From: a virus
Taxonomy: Duplodnaviria > Heunggongvirae > Uroviricota > Caudoviricetes
DNA: 64,000 nucleotides
Direction: 5' to 3' (one strand)
Virus record (IMG/VR): IMGVR_UViG_3300042456_000759
Below are positions 1 through 8,182 of this stretch, in pieces. How positions within the stretch are numbered: position 1 is the first letter of the stretch; the number at the start of each line of letters is the position of its first letter. Under the pieces are notes generated by a model. It was given only the letters and a program-made list of their open reading frames with translations. It had not been told where the DNA came from and made no database searches. The translations under genes were made by a program, and so were the position numbers.

Positions 1-462
1 TATTTAAATTTATTTTACATTCATCACATAATAACTGTTTATTATTAAAACCAGTATCAATAATTTTACTACAAGAATAGCATAATGTTGCTCCATTACC
101 ACTATTAAATTTTTGTATTGGTATATTCAGTCTATACCTTGCTTCTTTTTCTGGTTCGATATTTGGAATTCCAGAAAATCTACCCCAGCTGTTATTACAA
201 TGATTACATTTATATAATAAACCACCATCATATAATCGAGAATACTCCATCAATGTAATATCATTCTGAAAATATACAGGTTTATTTTTATCATAACCAT
301 AACTTTCTGCTACTTTATATATATCTTCATCAGAATAATTTTTATAATAATCATACTGAGGATGATTTATATCAGTTTTAGCATTCATAAAATGTTCTAG
401 AATATCTTGTCTTTTTAATTCTTGATTACACTGAGGACATTTATTATAAATTATTTCATCTA
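1..462 (-). CDS. Cys-rich zinc-finger-like protein, partial (start ATG at 462-460, runs off window start)
   Basis: Manual reverse translation gives MIDEIIYNKCPQCNQ...KCNHCNN...CYSCSK...CDECK with no stop before the window edge. Several CxxC pairs. Confidence 0.45.
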
Positions 463-726
463 TCATATTAATAATAAAATTTTATTGTTTGAACTTTTTG
501 GGTATTTTTTATAAAATACATTAATATCTTCAAGATATAACACGTCATTCCAAAAATCAAATCCTTCTATAGTATCAGTCCAATTAAATCCTCCAGTGGT
601 TAAAGCCACTTGTATTTGATTAAGAAAAGGTTTAATATTTTTAGGATTACCTTGCTCCTTTTGTCTTTGGAGCATTAGCTCAATAACTTCAGGAGGATAT
701 ATTTGTCTAAATTTTTTTTCTGTCAT
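463..726 (-). CDS. hypothetical protein, paralog of 4156..4419
   Basis: ORF track. About 60% aa identity to ORF 4156..4419 with near-identical DNA stretches (ccagaagttattgagct[ag]atgctccaaagaca). C-terminal ILLLI tail. Confidence 0.6.
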   Translation of the reverse strand: MTEKKFRQIYPPEVIELMLQRQKEQGNPKNIKPFLNQIQVALTTGGFNWTDTIEGFDFWNDVLYLEDINVFYKKYPKSSNNKILLLI

Positions 727-1118
727 AGTTTAAATATTAATAATAAATCAGATTCTTTTATTTTAATTTTATTATTCTGGTTATCTTTGATAATACAATA
801 TCTTACATTATCTTTTATAGAAAAATAAGTATCTATAATATAATATTCTTTAGAAATTGTAAAATCTAATTCTTCTAAATAATATATATTATTTATACAT
901 ATTACTTTTTTATTAATATAATTATAAGTAGATTTTGATTTATAATTATATATAGTTATTAATCTTAAGATTAATAATACTGTTCCCATAGTAAACAAAA
1001 CTATGGATAATGTCAATAATCCTTCTACAGTTCTATTATCTAAATAAGAACAGAATAGAAGAAAAGCTAATCCAATAATTATAATGGAAATTAATATATC
1101 GTATTTATTTTTCATCAT
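723..1118 (-). CDS. hypothetical membrane protein
   Basis: ORF track. Two hydrophobic segments. ATGA start/stop overlap with upstream gene. Confidence 0.45.
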   Translation of the reverse strand: MMKNKYDILISIIIIGLAFLLFCSYLDNRTVEGLLTLSIVLFTMGTVLLILRLITIYNYKSKSTYNYINKKVICINNIYYLEELDFTISKEYYIIDTYFSIKDNVRYCIIKDNQNNKIKIKESDLLLIFKL

Positions 1119-1353
1119 CTAATAATAGTTTATATACATTAACAAAAAAACCCCATATTATAAATAGAGGCATACCGATAAAATATACTATTACAAATAA
1201 CAACATTCTAAAACTAAGAATATCATTTTCATTTTCTTCTGGTATTCTACGAAATAAAGATTTTCTATTAAATGCGTTTATAATCGTTATTATAAATAAT
1301 AATAAGTAAAAAAATAATAAGAAATCTCTTATAAATTGTAAAAAATGTGTCAT
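1105..1353 (-). CDS. hypothetical small membrane protein
   Basis: ORF track. Hydrophobic segments (FFYLLLFIITII, IVYFIGMPLFIIWGFF). Confidence 0.45.
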   Translation of the reverse strand: MTHFLQFIRDFLLFFYLLLFIITIINAFNRKSLFRRIPEENENDILSFRMLLFVIVYFIGMPLFIIWGFFVNVYKLLLDDEK

Positions 1354-1697
1354 AATATTAATAAGATTTGAGAAGTATTATTAAATTGTTTATTAAATTC
1401 ATATATTTCTTTAACTAACCAGTCTAAAATAGGAGTATTTGGATTATTAAATATAGGCCAAATTCCTTTAATTGCTTGATGACCATATAAAACTTCTAAC
1501 TTTTTAGTATAATTTTCTCTAGAGTTAAATAAATAAAGCAATATTTCATCATTTTCACCATTTATATTACAGACAAATTTGCTCAATTTTTCTAATAACA
1601 TTGATTTATCATCTACAATTAAATAAATTTTATTTTTCTCTATTCTTTCTATAATAATTTCTTTTTTCATTTTTAAGGTTTTTTGTGATCTCACCAT
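1350..1697 (-). CDS. hypothetical protein (true start probably the internal Met at about 1670, avoiding overlap with the tRNA)
   Basis: ORF track. The annotated N-terminus overlaps the 3' end of the tRNA at 1686-1757. MKKEIII is an alternative start. Confidence 0.5.
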   Translation of the reverse strand: MVRSQKTLKMKKEIIIERIEKNKIYLIVDDKSMLLEKLSKFVCNINGENDEILLYLFNSRENYTKKLEVLYGHQAIKGIWPIFNNPNTPILDWLVKEIYEFNKQFNNTSQILLIL

Positions 1698-1757
1698 GAT
1701 TCGAACATGGATTAACAGTTTAGAAAACTGTAGTTCTATCCCTTGAACTATGAGACC
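1686..1757 (-). tRNA. tRNA-Arg (anticodon TCT)
   Basis: Reverse complement folds as a canonical cloverleaf. Acceptor GGTCTCA/TGAGATC (one GU), D arm GTTC-AAGGGATA-GAAC, anticodon stem ACAGT/ACTGT with loop TTTCTAA, T arm CCATG-TTCGAAT-CATGG. Confidence 0.8.
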
Positions 1758-1764
1758 AAATAAA

Positions 1765-1800
1765 AAAAGAGAGTTAATATTTAATTAACCCTCTTTTTAA
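1765..1800 (-). terminator. hairpin plus T-run, candidate intrinsic terminator (T-runs on both sides, possibly bidirectional)
   Basis: agagagttaat-attt-aattaaccctct flanked by an A-run and a T-run. Lies just downstream of minus gene 1818..2363. Confidence 0.4.
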
Positions 1801-1817
1801 GTTATTTTACAATAATA

Positions 1818-2363
1818 TTATTGTAATAAACCAGAAGCGGATTTAATAATACGCTCCATAGCTCGTTTTTGCTTTTCTTCTTCTGAAAGGAATTGTTGCA
1901 TTTCTTTCAAGCTGTTTTCAACTTGTTCCAGACTTGCTTTATTTTTGATTTCAAAAGTTCTTTTAACAATTGCTGCATTAAACTCTTCAATAGATACATC
2001 ATTAATCTTAAATGGTTTAATTACTCCATTAAGTCCTAATTCTGAAACACTTTGATCAAATTTATTTTTTGCTTCTCTTGCAGCAGCATGTAAATAAACC
2101 AAATCAGTCAAAGTATCGATTTCCTGGATATTTTTTGAACTTAATTGAATATTAAAACAAATATCTGTTTTAACAGATTGATCTAAGTTACCTTTTAATT
2201 GATCTCGTAATTCTTCTAATTGTTTAATAGTTGTAGAAATCTTTGTTTTGTCAAGAGTTCCATCACTTTTAACAGGAAGTTCAATTTTTGGAGTTTCAAC
2301 TGTAGCTACTGCTTTAGAGTCAGCTATTGTAGTGCTTTTTGCACTTTTTTTTGGATTTGCCAT
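1818..2363 (-). CDS. hypothetical coiled-coil protein
   Basis: ORF track. Charged, heptad-like sequence. No recognisable catalytic motif. Confidence 0.5.
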   Translation of the reverse strand: MANPKKSAKSTTIADSKAVATVETPKIELPVKSDGTLDKTKISTTIKQLEELRDQLKGNLDQSVKTDICFNIQLSSKNIQEIDTLTDLVYLHAAAREAKNKFDQSVSELGLNGVIKPFKINDVSIEEFNAAIVKRTFEIKNKASLEQVENSLKEMQQFLSEEEKQKRAMERIIKSASGLLQ

Positions 2364-2430
2364 AATTTTTGTTTGTTTTTTTGATTGTTTATTGTATTTA
2401 TTAAATGATTTTTAAAAATTAAATTTATAA

Positions 2431-3426
2431 CTATTTAGAGTTATATAAAACAGAGGTATTTGTACCTAATATAGTACTTGGTACTCTTTCTACAGTAGAA
2501 GCAGCTCTTGTCCACTTAATATATTCTACATAAGTAGGTGTAATAACAGACTGTTCTTTTTGAATAGCAATAGCTCTACCAGATGCTGTAATAACAGCTT
2601 CTGCTGAGTCTCCTCTAGCTGTAGCCATTTTTTCTTGAGCTCTAGCTACAGCAGTTTGTCTATCTAATTCTGCTTGTTGTGCATTTTGAACAGCTTCTGC
2701 TTTTCTTTGTAATTGAGCAATCATAGATTTAGGAGGTCTTTGTCCAGTTTTAACTTGATCTATATCAAAATATTTACCTAATGATAATTTTAAATAATTT
2801 TCTACTGTTATTCTGTAATTATCAGCATTATTAAATATACTATCAGGAGTAAATAAATTTGTAGCATTTGTTATAGCTATATTTACAGCATTTTTAACAA
2901 ATTTATCATCAATATCACTTAAATCTTCACTTTTTGTTAAATGTGTATAAATATAAGGTAAAGCTGATTTTTTAACTGCCATATTTAAAGATGGTTTTAC
3001 AGGAATTAAAGTACCTCCTTTACAAGCTACTTCAAATTGATCAAATTCAATATGTCTAGTCTTCCTATCATATTCATTAACATCTGTAAGATAAGTGTTA
3101 TAAAAAACAACACCCTGACAATCTCTAACAATAGGAACACCTTTATTAGTTCCTAATCTATCTATTTTTAATCCATACGTATCACTTTTAATCCATTGAA
3201 CTCCTATTGGTCCTAATAACCAAATTAATAATGTAATACATAATGTTAAAATAGCTTTAGCTATTAATCGTGAGTTAGGGTTTTCATCTCCAATTTCATG
3301 ACGACTACATAAACCTTGTTCAAAGTCCTGTTGTGTATATGTTTTAACGTATTCATTAAATTTGAATATTCCTAATTGTTTTCCTATAATAAGTCCAATT
3401 ATTATAGCTAATAATAAATTAATCAT
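2431..3426 (-). CDS. SPFH/Band-7 (prohibitin/HflK-like) domain membrane protein
   Basis: N-terminal TM helix. C-terminal A/Q/E-rich helix QLQRKAEAVQNAQQAELDRQTAVARAQEKMATARGDSAEAVITASGRAIAIQKEQ typical of the SPFH coiled-coil region, preceded by a beta-rich SPFH-like core. Confidence 0.65.
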   Translation of the reverse strand: MINLLLAIIIGLIIGKQLGIFKFNEYVKTYTQQDFEQGLCSRHEIGDENPNSRLIAKAILTLCITLLIWLLGPIGVQWIKSDTYGLKIDRLGTNKGVPIVRDCQGVVFYNTYLTDVNEYDRKTRHIEFDQFEVACKGGTLIPVKPSLNMAVKKSALPYIYTHLTKSEDLSDIDDKFVKNAVNIAITNATNLFTPDSIFNNADNYRITVENYLKLSLGKYFDIDQVKTGQRPPKSMIAQLQRKAEAVQNAQQAELDRQTAVARAQEKMATARGDSAEAVITASGRAIAIQKEQSVITPTYVEYIKWTRAASTVERVPSTILGTNTSVLYNSK

Positions 3427-3449
3427 AATTTTGTTTGTTTTTTAATTGT

Positions 3450-3683
3450 TTAAATAAGTAATAAAATATTGTTTTTGATTTTTTCTTCTTTATAATGTGT
3501 TACTAATTCTTTAAAATTTTCTAAATAAACTTGTTTTGAAGGAATTATAAGTTGAGTATCTTGCTGTAAAGAAAAAGTGACATATTTAATGCCACTTTTA
3601 ATTACAGTTATTTTTATGTATGTATTGTTATAATAACATGTAAAAATATCTCCACTATAAACTCTATCTATTCTTTTTTTCAT
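3450..3683 (-). CDS. hypothetical protein
   Basis: ORF track. C-terminal NNILLLI tail shared with other genes in the block. Confidence 0.45.
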   Translation of the reverse strand: MKKRIDRVYSGDIFTCYYNNTYIKITVIKSGIKYVTFSLQQDTQLIIPSKQVYLENFKELVTHYKEEKIKNNILLLI

Positions 3684-3728
3684 TTATTCTAATTGTTGTA
3701 ATTCTTTCATATTTCTTGTTTTTTAAGT

Positions 3729-3887
3729 TTATAAATTCAGTATAGTATATATTAATAATGCTACTAATAAGCCAAGTCCAATAAACATAGCCAATGTAGA
3801 TGGTATATTTAATAAACTAAAAGCTATAAATAAAAGTATTACTAATAATACTACTGATAAAATAACCTTATTCTTTTTTGTTATCAT
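3729..3887 (-). CDS. small hydrophobic membrane peptide (52 aa)
   Basis: Manual translation MITKKNKVILSVVLLVILLFIAFSLLNIPSTLAMFIGLGLLVALLIYTILNL. ATG overlaps the TGA of the upstream gene (ATGA). Below the ORF-track length cutoff. Confidence 0.3.
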   Translation of the reverse strand: MITKKNKVILSVVLLVILLFIAFSLLNIPSTLAMFIGLGLLVALLIYTILNL

Positions 3888-4159
3888 AGTAATAATAGGG
3901 TTTTATTGTTTAATTCTTCTTCAAAAAACCAGGCTGGAAAATGTTGCTTTATATATTTGTGATCATTTGATAATTGATGATAACTCTCCCAAGATCCGTT
4001 AGTGTTAATATAATAAAATGTATCAGAACCCATTACAAATCTATTACTTATAAAATCTACTATTTCTTTTAATAATTTAACAGATTCATCACTTTTATCA
4101 TTATAAATTATTACTTTTCTTTGTCGAAGTAATTCAATTCTTTCTTTATTTAATTTCAT
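3884..4159 (-). CDS. hypothetical protein
   Basis: ORF track. C-terminal TLLLL tail. ATGA overlap with the next gene. Confidence 0.45.
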   Translation of the reverse strand: MKLNKERIELLRQRKVIIYNDKSDESVKLLKEIVDFISNRFVMGSDTFYYINTNGSWESYHQLSNDHKYIKQHFPAWFFEEELNNKTLLLL

Positions 4160-4419
4160 AATAATAATAAAATGTTTTTTAATTCTTTCTTTGGATATTG
4201 TTTATAAAAAACTTCAAACTGTTTATAATTTAATACTTTATCCCAAAAACACCAACCTTCAATAGTTCTTATCCAGTTAAATCCTCCTGAGATTGTACCT
4301 GTCATAATGTCTTTTAAAAAAGGTTGAATATTTCTAGGATTTCCTTGCTCCTCCTGTCTTTGGAGCATCAGCTCAATAACTTCAGGAGGATATATATCTC
4401 TAAATTCTTGTTCTGTCAT
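4156..4419 (-). CDS. hypothetical protein, paralog of 463..726
   Basis: ORF track. Shared IYPPEVIELMLQRQ.EQGNP.NI.PFL...GGFNW..TIEG..FW core with ORF 463..726. Confidence 0.6.
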   Translation of the reverse strand: MTEQEFRDIYPPEVIELMLQRQEEQGNPRNIQPFLKDIMTGTISGGFNWIRTIEGWCFWDKVLNYKQFEVFYKQYPKKELKNILLLL

Positions 4420-4423
4420 GATA

Positions 4424-4765
4424 TTAATTTATTAACATAAGATTTAATAATATCCAAGGATTTTCATCAATATATTTATTTAATTCTTCATTAGAATTAA
4501 ATCTTATAATATGTTTATCTCCTGAATTCATATGTATCTCAAGAATAGGTTTATCATAAACTATATTATTTTCAATAATATAGTTTGAAAAATTAGTTGT
4601 AGTCATAAGATCACAATCATGATATTTTAAATGTTCAGGTTCTACTTCTTGATATAAACCAAAAAAATAACGTTTTATTTTTTCAGGATGATAAATCCAG
4701 AAACTTTTTTGTTTATAAGATTTATAAACAATTGATATATTGTCTTTATTTATATATTTATCCAT
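4424..4765 (-). CDS. hypothetical protein
   Basis: ORF track. Confidence 0.5.
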   Translation of the reverse strand: MDKYINKDNISIVYKSYKQKSFWIYHPEKIKRYFFGLYQEVEPEHLKYHDCDLMTTTNFSNYIIENNIVYDKPILEIHMNSGDKHIIRFNSNEELNKYIDENPWILLNLMLIN

Positions 4766-4861
4766 ATTTATAGATTTATAAGTTATGTAAATGTTTTTTC
4801 ATATCTTTCATAATAACAAAGAATGTACTTGAATATTTCATTGTTGTTTAATTTTTTTAAT

Positions 4862-4936
4862 TAGTACGAGTAATAGGATTCGAACCTATGCTACCTCTTC
4901 CAGGATGAGGCGTACTACCATTATACTATACTCGAA
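4862..4936 (-). tRNA. tRNA, identity uncertain (anticodon loop TCCTGGA, possible CTG-Gln or CCT-Arg, with a 1:72 mismatch)
   Basis: GGATTCGAACC on the plus strand is the reverse complement of a T arm ATAGG-TTCGAAT-CCTAT. D stem GTAT/GTAC with an ATGGTA loop. Acceptor CGAGTA/TACTCG. Anticodon stem CCTC(A)/(A)GAGG has a terminal A-A mismatch and position 33 is C. Confidence 0.55.
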
Positions 4937-5314
4937 AATTTTTATAAGGAGTAGCATCGTTTCATGAAACGACACTCGGATGTAAGTTATACCATCCTAA
5001 TACTTCTTCTCTTTTTGCCAAACAGATATAAATCTAAAAGTTATAATCATGATTATAATAACTTTTAATATATCTTCATATATATAATTTATATCAATAT
5101 GAGAACCTTAAACTCATAGAAGAACATACAAATAAGGTTGTATGGATATCCTAGTTTTTAACCTAAAAACACAGAATACATATCAAGTATTCATTTTATA
5201 AAAGGGTTGATTTTATACTCTGCACTACCTTGTCTTTTTAATTGGACTTAAAGTATTTTATAGACTTTAAGAGACACAGGAGCCCCACAACTTGTTAGGT
5301 TTCCGCCATAATGG

Positions 5315-5404
5315 TAGTCAGGACAGGATTCGAACCTGTAAATTGTAAAGGGGTTACGACCTTACTAATTCTATTTTTGCGTCTACCAATTCCGCTACCT
5401 GACT
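5315..5404 (-). tRNA. class-II-like tRNA (Leu/Ser/Tyr-type D arm) with a non-canonical extended central hairpin; CCA encoded (5312-5314)
   Basis: Acceptor AGTCAGG/CCTGACT, D arm GCG-GAATTGGTAGA-CGC (identical to E. coli tRNA-Leu), T arm ACAGG-TTCGAAT-CCTGT. The central 39 nt forms an 11-bp hairpin with loop TCGTAAC rather than a 5-bp anticodon stem. Confidence 0.5.
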
Positions 5405-5558
5405 ATTATTAATCAATCATATCTGAATGAAACTGAAATGGATCTTCTAAATATATATGGTAATAATATTTTACATCATCATCCAATAACCCATCTAATT
5501 CAACAGAGTACTTATTTTTAAATTCTTCTAAAGTTAGCATTATCACGTAATATTTTAG

Positions 5559-5730
5559 TAGTCAGGACAGGATTCGAACCTGTATACTTATAGTTAAAAC
5601 TCTGTCGCTACATCAGGAGAGGTACATTCATACTTCACTGTAGTTGTCGGTATGCCAAAGAGTTAATCCCCGAACATGGACTATAAGCCTTCTCAACCAA
5701 GAGACGGTCTACCAATTCCGCCACCTGACT
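5559..5730 (-). ncRNA. tRNA-like gene, paralog of 5315-5404, with about 80-nt central insertion
   Basis: Identical 5' acceptor and D region (AGTCAGGTGGCGGAATTGGTAGAC) and identical 3' T arm and acceptor (ACAGGTTCGAATCCTGTCCTGACT) as 5315-5404. 172 nt in total. Confidence 0.4.
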
Positions 5731-5881
5731 ATATTATTTTTTATGTATTTAACAACACCCAAACAATTGATTACGTAAAATTCTACTATTAACCATCTTT
5801 TTAACTTAACCCACCAAGGGTCTTTTTTCATCTTATCCAGCATTCTCTGAACTGTTTTACTTCTCATATTAATATTTTTTG

Positions 5882-6107
5882 TAGTCAGGACAGGATTCGA
5901 ACCTGTAAATAAACACTTACCATCTTGGTTATTAACAGCTCCTACTCTGATTTCGGAGAGTTTGATAAGTCCCTAAACCACATCTGAGGATTTTTATTAT
6001 TCCAGAACTTTGGTTCTTGGTGGTGAAATCCGTTAGGCTTTTAATTAGGGGTCTACTTGTTTATTCCAATACTCAGCTATAGGCATTACCAGTTCTGCCA
6101 CCTGACT
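5882..6107 (-). ncRNA. tRNA-like gene, third paralog, with about 135-nt central insertion
   Basis: Same 24-nt 3' end (agtcaggacaggattcgaacctgt on plus) and the same acceptor 5' end AGTCAGGTGGCAGAACTGGTAATGCC. 226 nt in total. Confidence 0.4.
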
Positions 6108-6147
6108 GGATAACCCTCTCTATAAAAATAGAAAGGGTTTTTATAAT

Positions 6148-6726
6148 TTATTCCTTATTAGTTCTAAAAACTACATCAGTTTTATCAGACAATATAGGTC
6201 TATAAATTATTGGTTTTCTTCTTCCAACAACAAATTTAGAAGGAATTGTTAACAATAAACTATCATGTTCAAATTTTAATTGCTGTAATTCATTCTCAAT
6301 ATATGTAAAGTCATTACGTTTAGATTCAATTAAATTAATTAAATCATTATACATATCAAGAACCCTCGTATAAGTTATAGAAGGATTATTTTGTTGTACC
6401 CAATACCACATTAATTCTTTATTAGGACTTTGATTAGACATTTGAATTAACATAATATTAGCAAAACCTGTATCAGCAAATTTAATTACATTATATTTTT
6501 CTAATACAGTTTTATACATATTTTGATATGTAGTTTTTCTTTTTTCTTCTGTACGATAAAAACGTTGTTTTATCATAACTTCTTGATTTACAACACTAAT
6601 TGTAAATCTCGTTATTACAAATAATGTATAAATTAAACAAATTAAAGCAATTATTCGTAATAAGATAAATAAATATTTTTTCATTGAGATGTTTTTAAAA
6701 ATGTGAATATGAGAATTAATTTTCAT
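6148..6726 (-). CDS. hypothetical membrane-anchored protein
   Basis: ORF track. N-terminal TM segment LFILLRIIALICLIYTLFVI. Confidence 0.5.
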   Translation of the reverse strand: MKINSHIHIFKNISMKKYLFILLRIIALICLIYTLFVITRFTISVVNQEVMIKQRFYRTEEKRKTTYQNMYKTVLEKYNVIKFADTGFANIMLIQMSNQSPNKELMWYWVQQNNPSITYTRVLDMYNDLINLIESKRNDFTYIENELQQLKFEHDSLLLTIPSKFVVGRRKPIIYRPILSDKTDVVFRTNKE

Positions 6727-7468
6727 TGTATAGTTTTTTAAAAGATTTATTATAATCTATTTGATTAATCATTGTAAGAAATAAAAATATCATAAAAATA
6801 ACTACTCCTACAAAACTAACTGCTAATATAAAACTAGGTTTAGATAATACTAATAATGAAGCTAAACTAATTGCTATTAAAATATAAGTTAATATACAAC
6901 TAAATATAGATTTAGTTAAGAATCCAATTATTGCGTTAAATTTATTATAAGAATTTCCTCTTTCTATAACGTAAAATTTCTCATTATAATAAAATAATAA
7001 TGTAGGATTTTTAATAAAACATCCATTATTAAAATGTAACGCATCATCATAAATCCGAGCAATAAAGTTACCTTTATCTGACTCTTTTGTAAAAAGTAAA
7101 AAAGGATTAAAAGGATATAAAAAGAACATATTATTTTTGATTTCATATTCAGAAGAAATAATAGATGCTTTTTCATCTTCTAAAAATGCAGTTAATTTCT
7201 TTAAATAGTCCTTATTATAAGATCCTTTATAATAGTTGGATTTAACTAAAACCAAGTTAAATCTTTTCATTTCTTGCTGTAATTCATAAGCAGATAAAGC
7301 TTTAATATTAGTTTTATCTGTCATATTCTGAGCATCTTTAATATCAGCACATATCTTCCGATTTTTAGAAACCTTAGAATTAGGAGCTGCTAAATCTAAT
7401 AAACTTAATGCTTTTTTTAATTCAGGGTCTTCTAATAACTTTACGTCATTTATAAGTTTTTCATTCAT
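6716..7468 (-). CDS. hypothetical membrane protein
   Basis: ORF track. C-terminal multi-TM region. Confidence 0.5.
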   Translation of the reverse strand: MNEKLINDVKLLEDPELKKALSLLDLAAPNSKVSKNRKICADIKDAQNMTDKTNIKALSAYELQQEMKRFNLVLVKSNYYKGSYNKDYLKKLTAFLEDEKASIISSEYEIKNNMFFLYPFNPFLLFTKESDKGNFIARIYDDALHFNNGCFIKNPTLLFYYNEKFYVIERGNSYNKFNAIIGFLTKSIFSCILTYILIAISLASLLVLSKPSFILAVSFVGVVIFMIFLFLTMINQIDYNKSFKKLYNEN

Positions 7469-7479
7469 TTTTTTTTATT

Positions 7480-7719
7480 TTAAGTGAGTTTTTGAAAACG
7501 ATAACTATCAATTTCAATTATTCCTTGAGGAATAGACACAGTATATGTTATACTGTTTTTATACTTTAAAATATTACCAAAGTATTCTTCTTCTTTAATT
7601 AATTCCCCTTCAATTGTTTCATTTTCATTAAATGATATTAATTCAGAAAATATAGAAGTTTCACTAGATGAAATTGATACTATGGTAGATTTTAAAGCTT
7701 TAAATTGCGTTAATGTCAT
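7480..7719 (-). CDS. hypothetical protein
   Basis: ORF track. Confidence 0.4.
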   Translation of the reverse strand: MTLTQFKALKSTIVSISSSETSIFSELISFNENETIEGELIKEEEYFGNILKYKNSITYTVSIPQGIIEIDSYRFQKLT

Positions 7720-7725
7720 TATATA

Positions 7726-8154
7726 TTAAGAATTTAAATATGTATAAGCTTGACAATAAAGTTCTAATCTATCGAATGTCTTTTTAGAAAGGTTTTTAAG
7801 TCTTGTAATTTTAGAATTATGTTCTAAATCAGCCAATTTAATAGCTTTAGCTATTGGATTATAAGCTAATTTTTTAATATAATCCATATAAACTTCTTCA
7901 GGTTTATGAGTTAATAATTGTAAAATAGTGATTATTTCTAAAGAAAAACCTTGATCTAACAAATATTGTTCTGTATAACCTCCTGCATATTTATCTTCAA
8001 ATAAATCATGTAATACTCCGCAAATCATTGCTGTTTCTCCTAAATGACTTACTTTATTCATTACATATAATAAATGTAATATATAAGGTTTATTTCCTTT
8101 ATCGTATGTATGTTCGAATGCTTCTGAGGCAATTTTAATAGCTGTAGCTAACAT
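7726..8154 (-). CDS. HD-domain small alarmone hydrolase-like protein ((p)ppGpp hydrolase, SpoT/Mesh1-like HD fold)
   Basis: Motifs in SpoT-HD order and spacing: His pair (EHTYDKGNKPYILH), HD dyad (CGVLHDLFEDKY), and KLADLEHNSKITRL, which matches the SpoT/RelA KLADRLHNMRTL helix. Confidence 0.6.
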   Translation of the reverse strand: MLATAIKIASEAFEHTYDKGNKPYILHLLYVMNKVSHLGETAMICGVLHDLFEDKYAGGYTEQYLLDQGFSLEIITILQLLTHKPEEVYMDYIKKLAYNPIAKAIKLADLEHNSKITRLKNLSKKTFDRLELYCQAYTYLNS

Positions 8155-8182
8155 ATTTTATATTTTTAAAGTGAAAAAAATT

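Noticed and set aside
4940-5310. Additional tRNA in the gap between the tRNA at 4862 and the tRNA-like gene at 5315
   Set aside because: I found a hairpin (tcgtttcatgaaacga) but no T-arm or acceptor pairing consistent with a tRNA. The region is AT-rich filler, possibly with short ORFs.
5559-6107. Group I introns inside the two long tRNA-like genes
   Set aside because: The extra segments are only about 80 and 135 nt, below the size of known self-splicing group I introns, and I could not recognise P7/P3 core elements. Kept as unexplained insertions instead.
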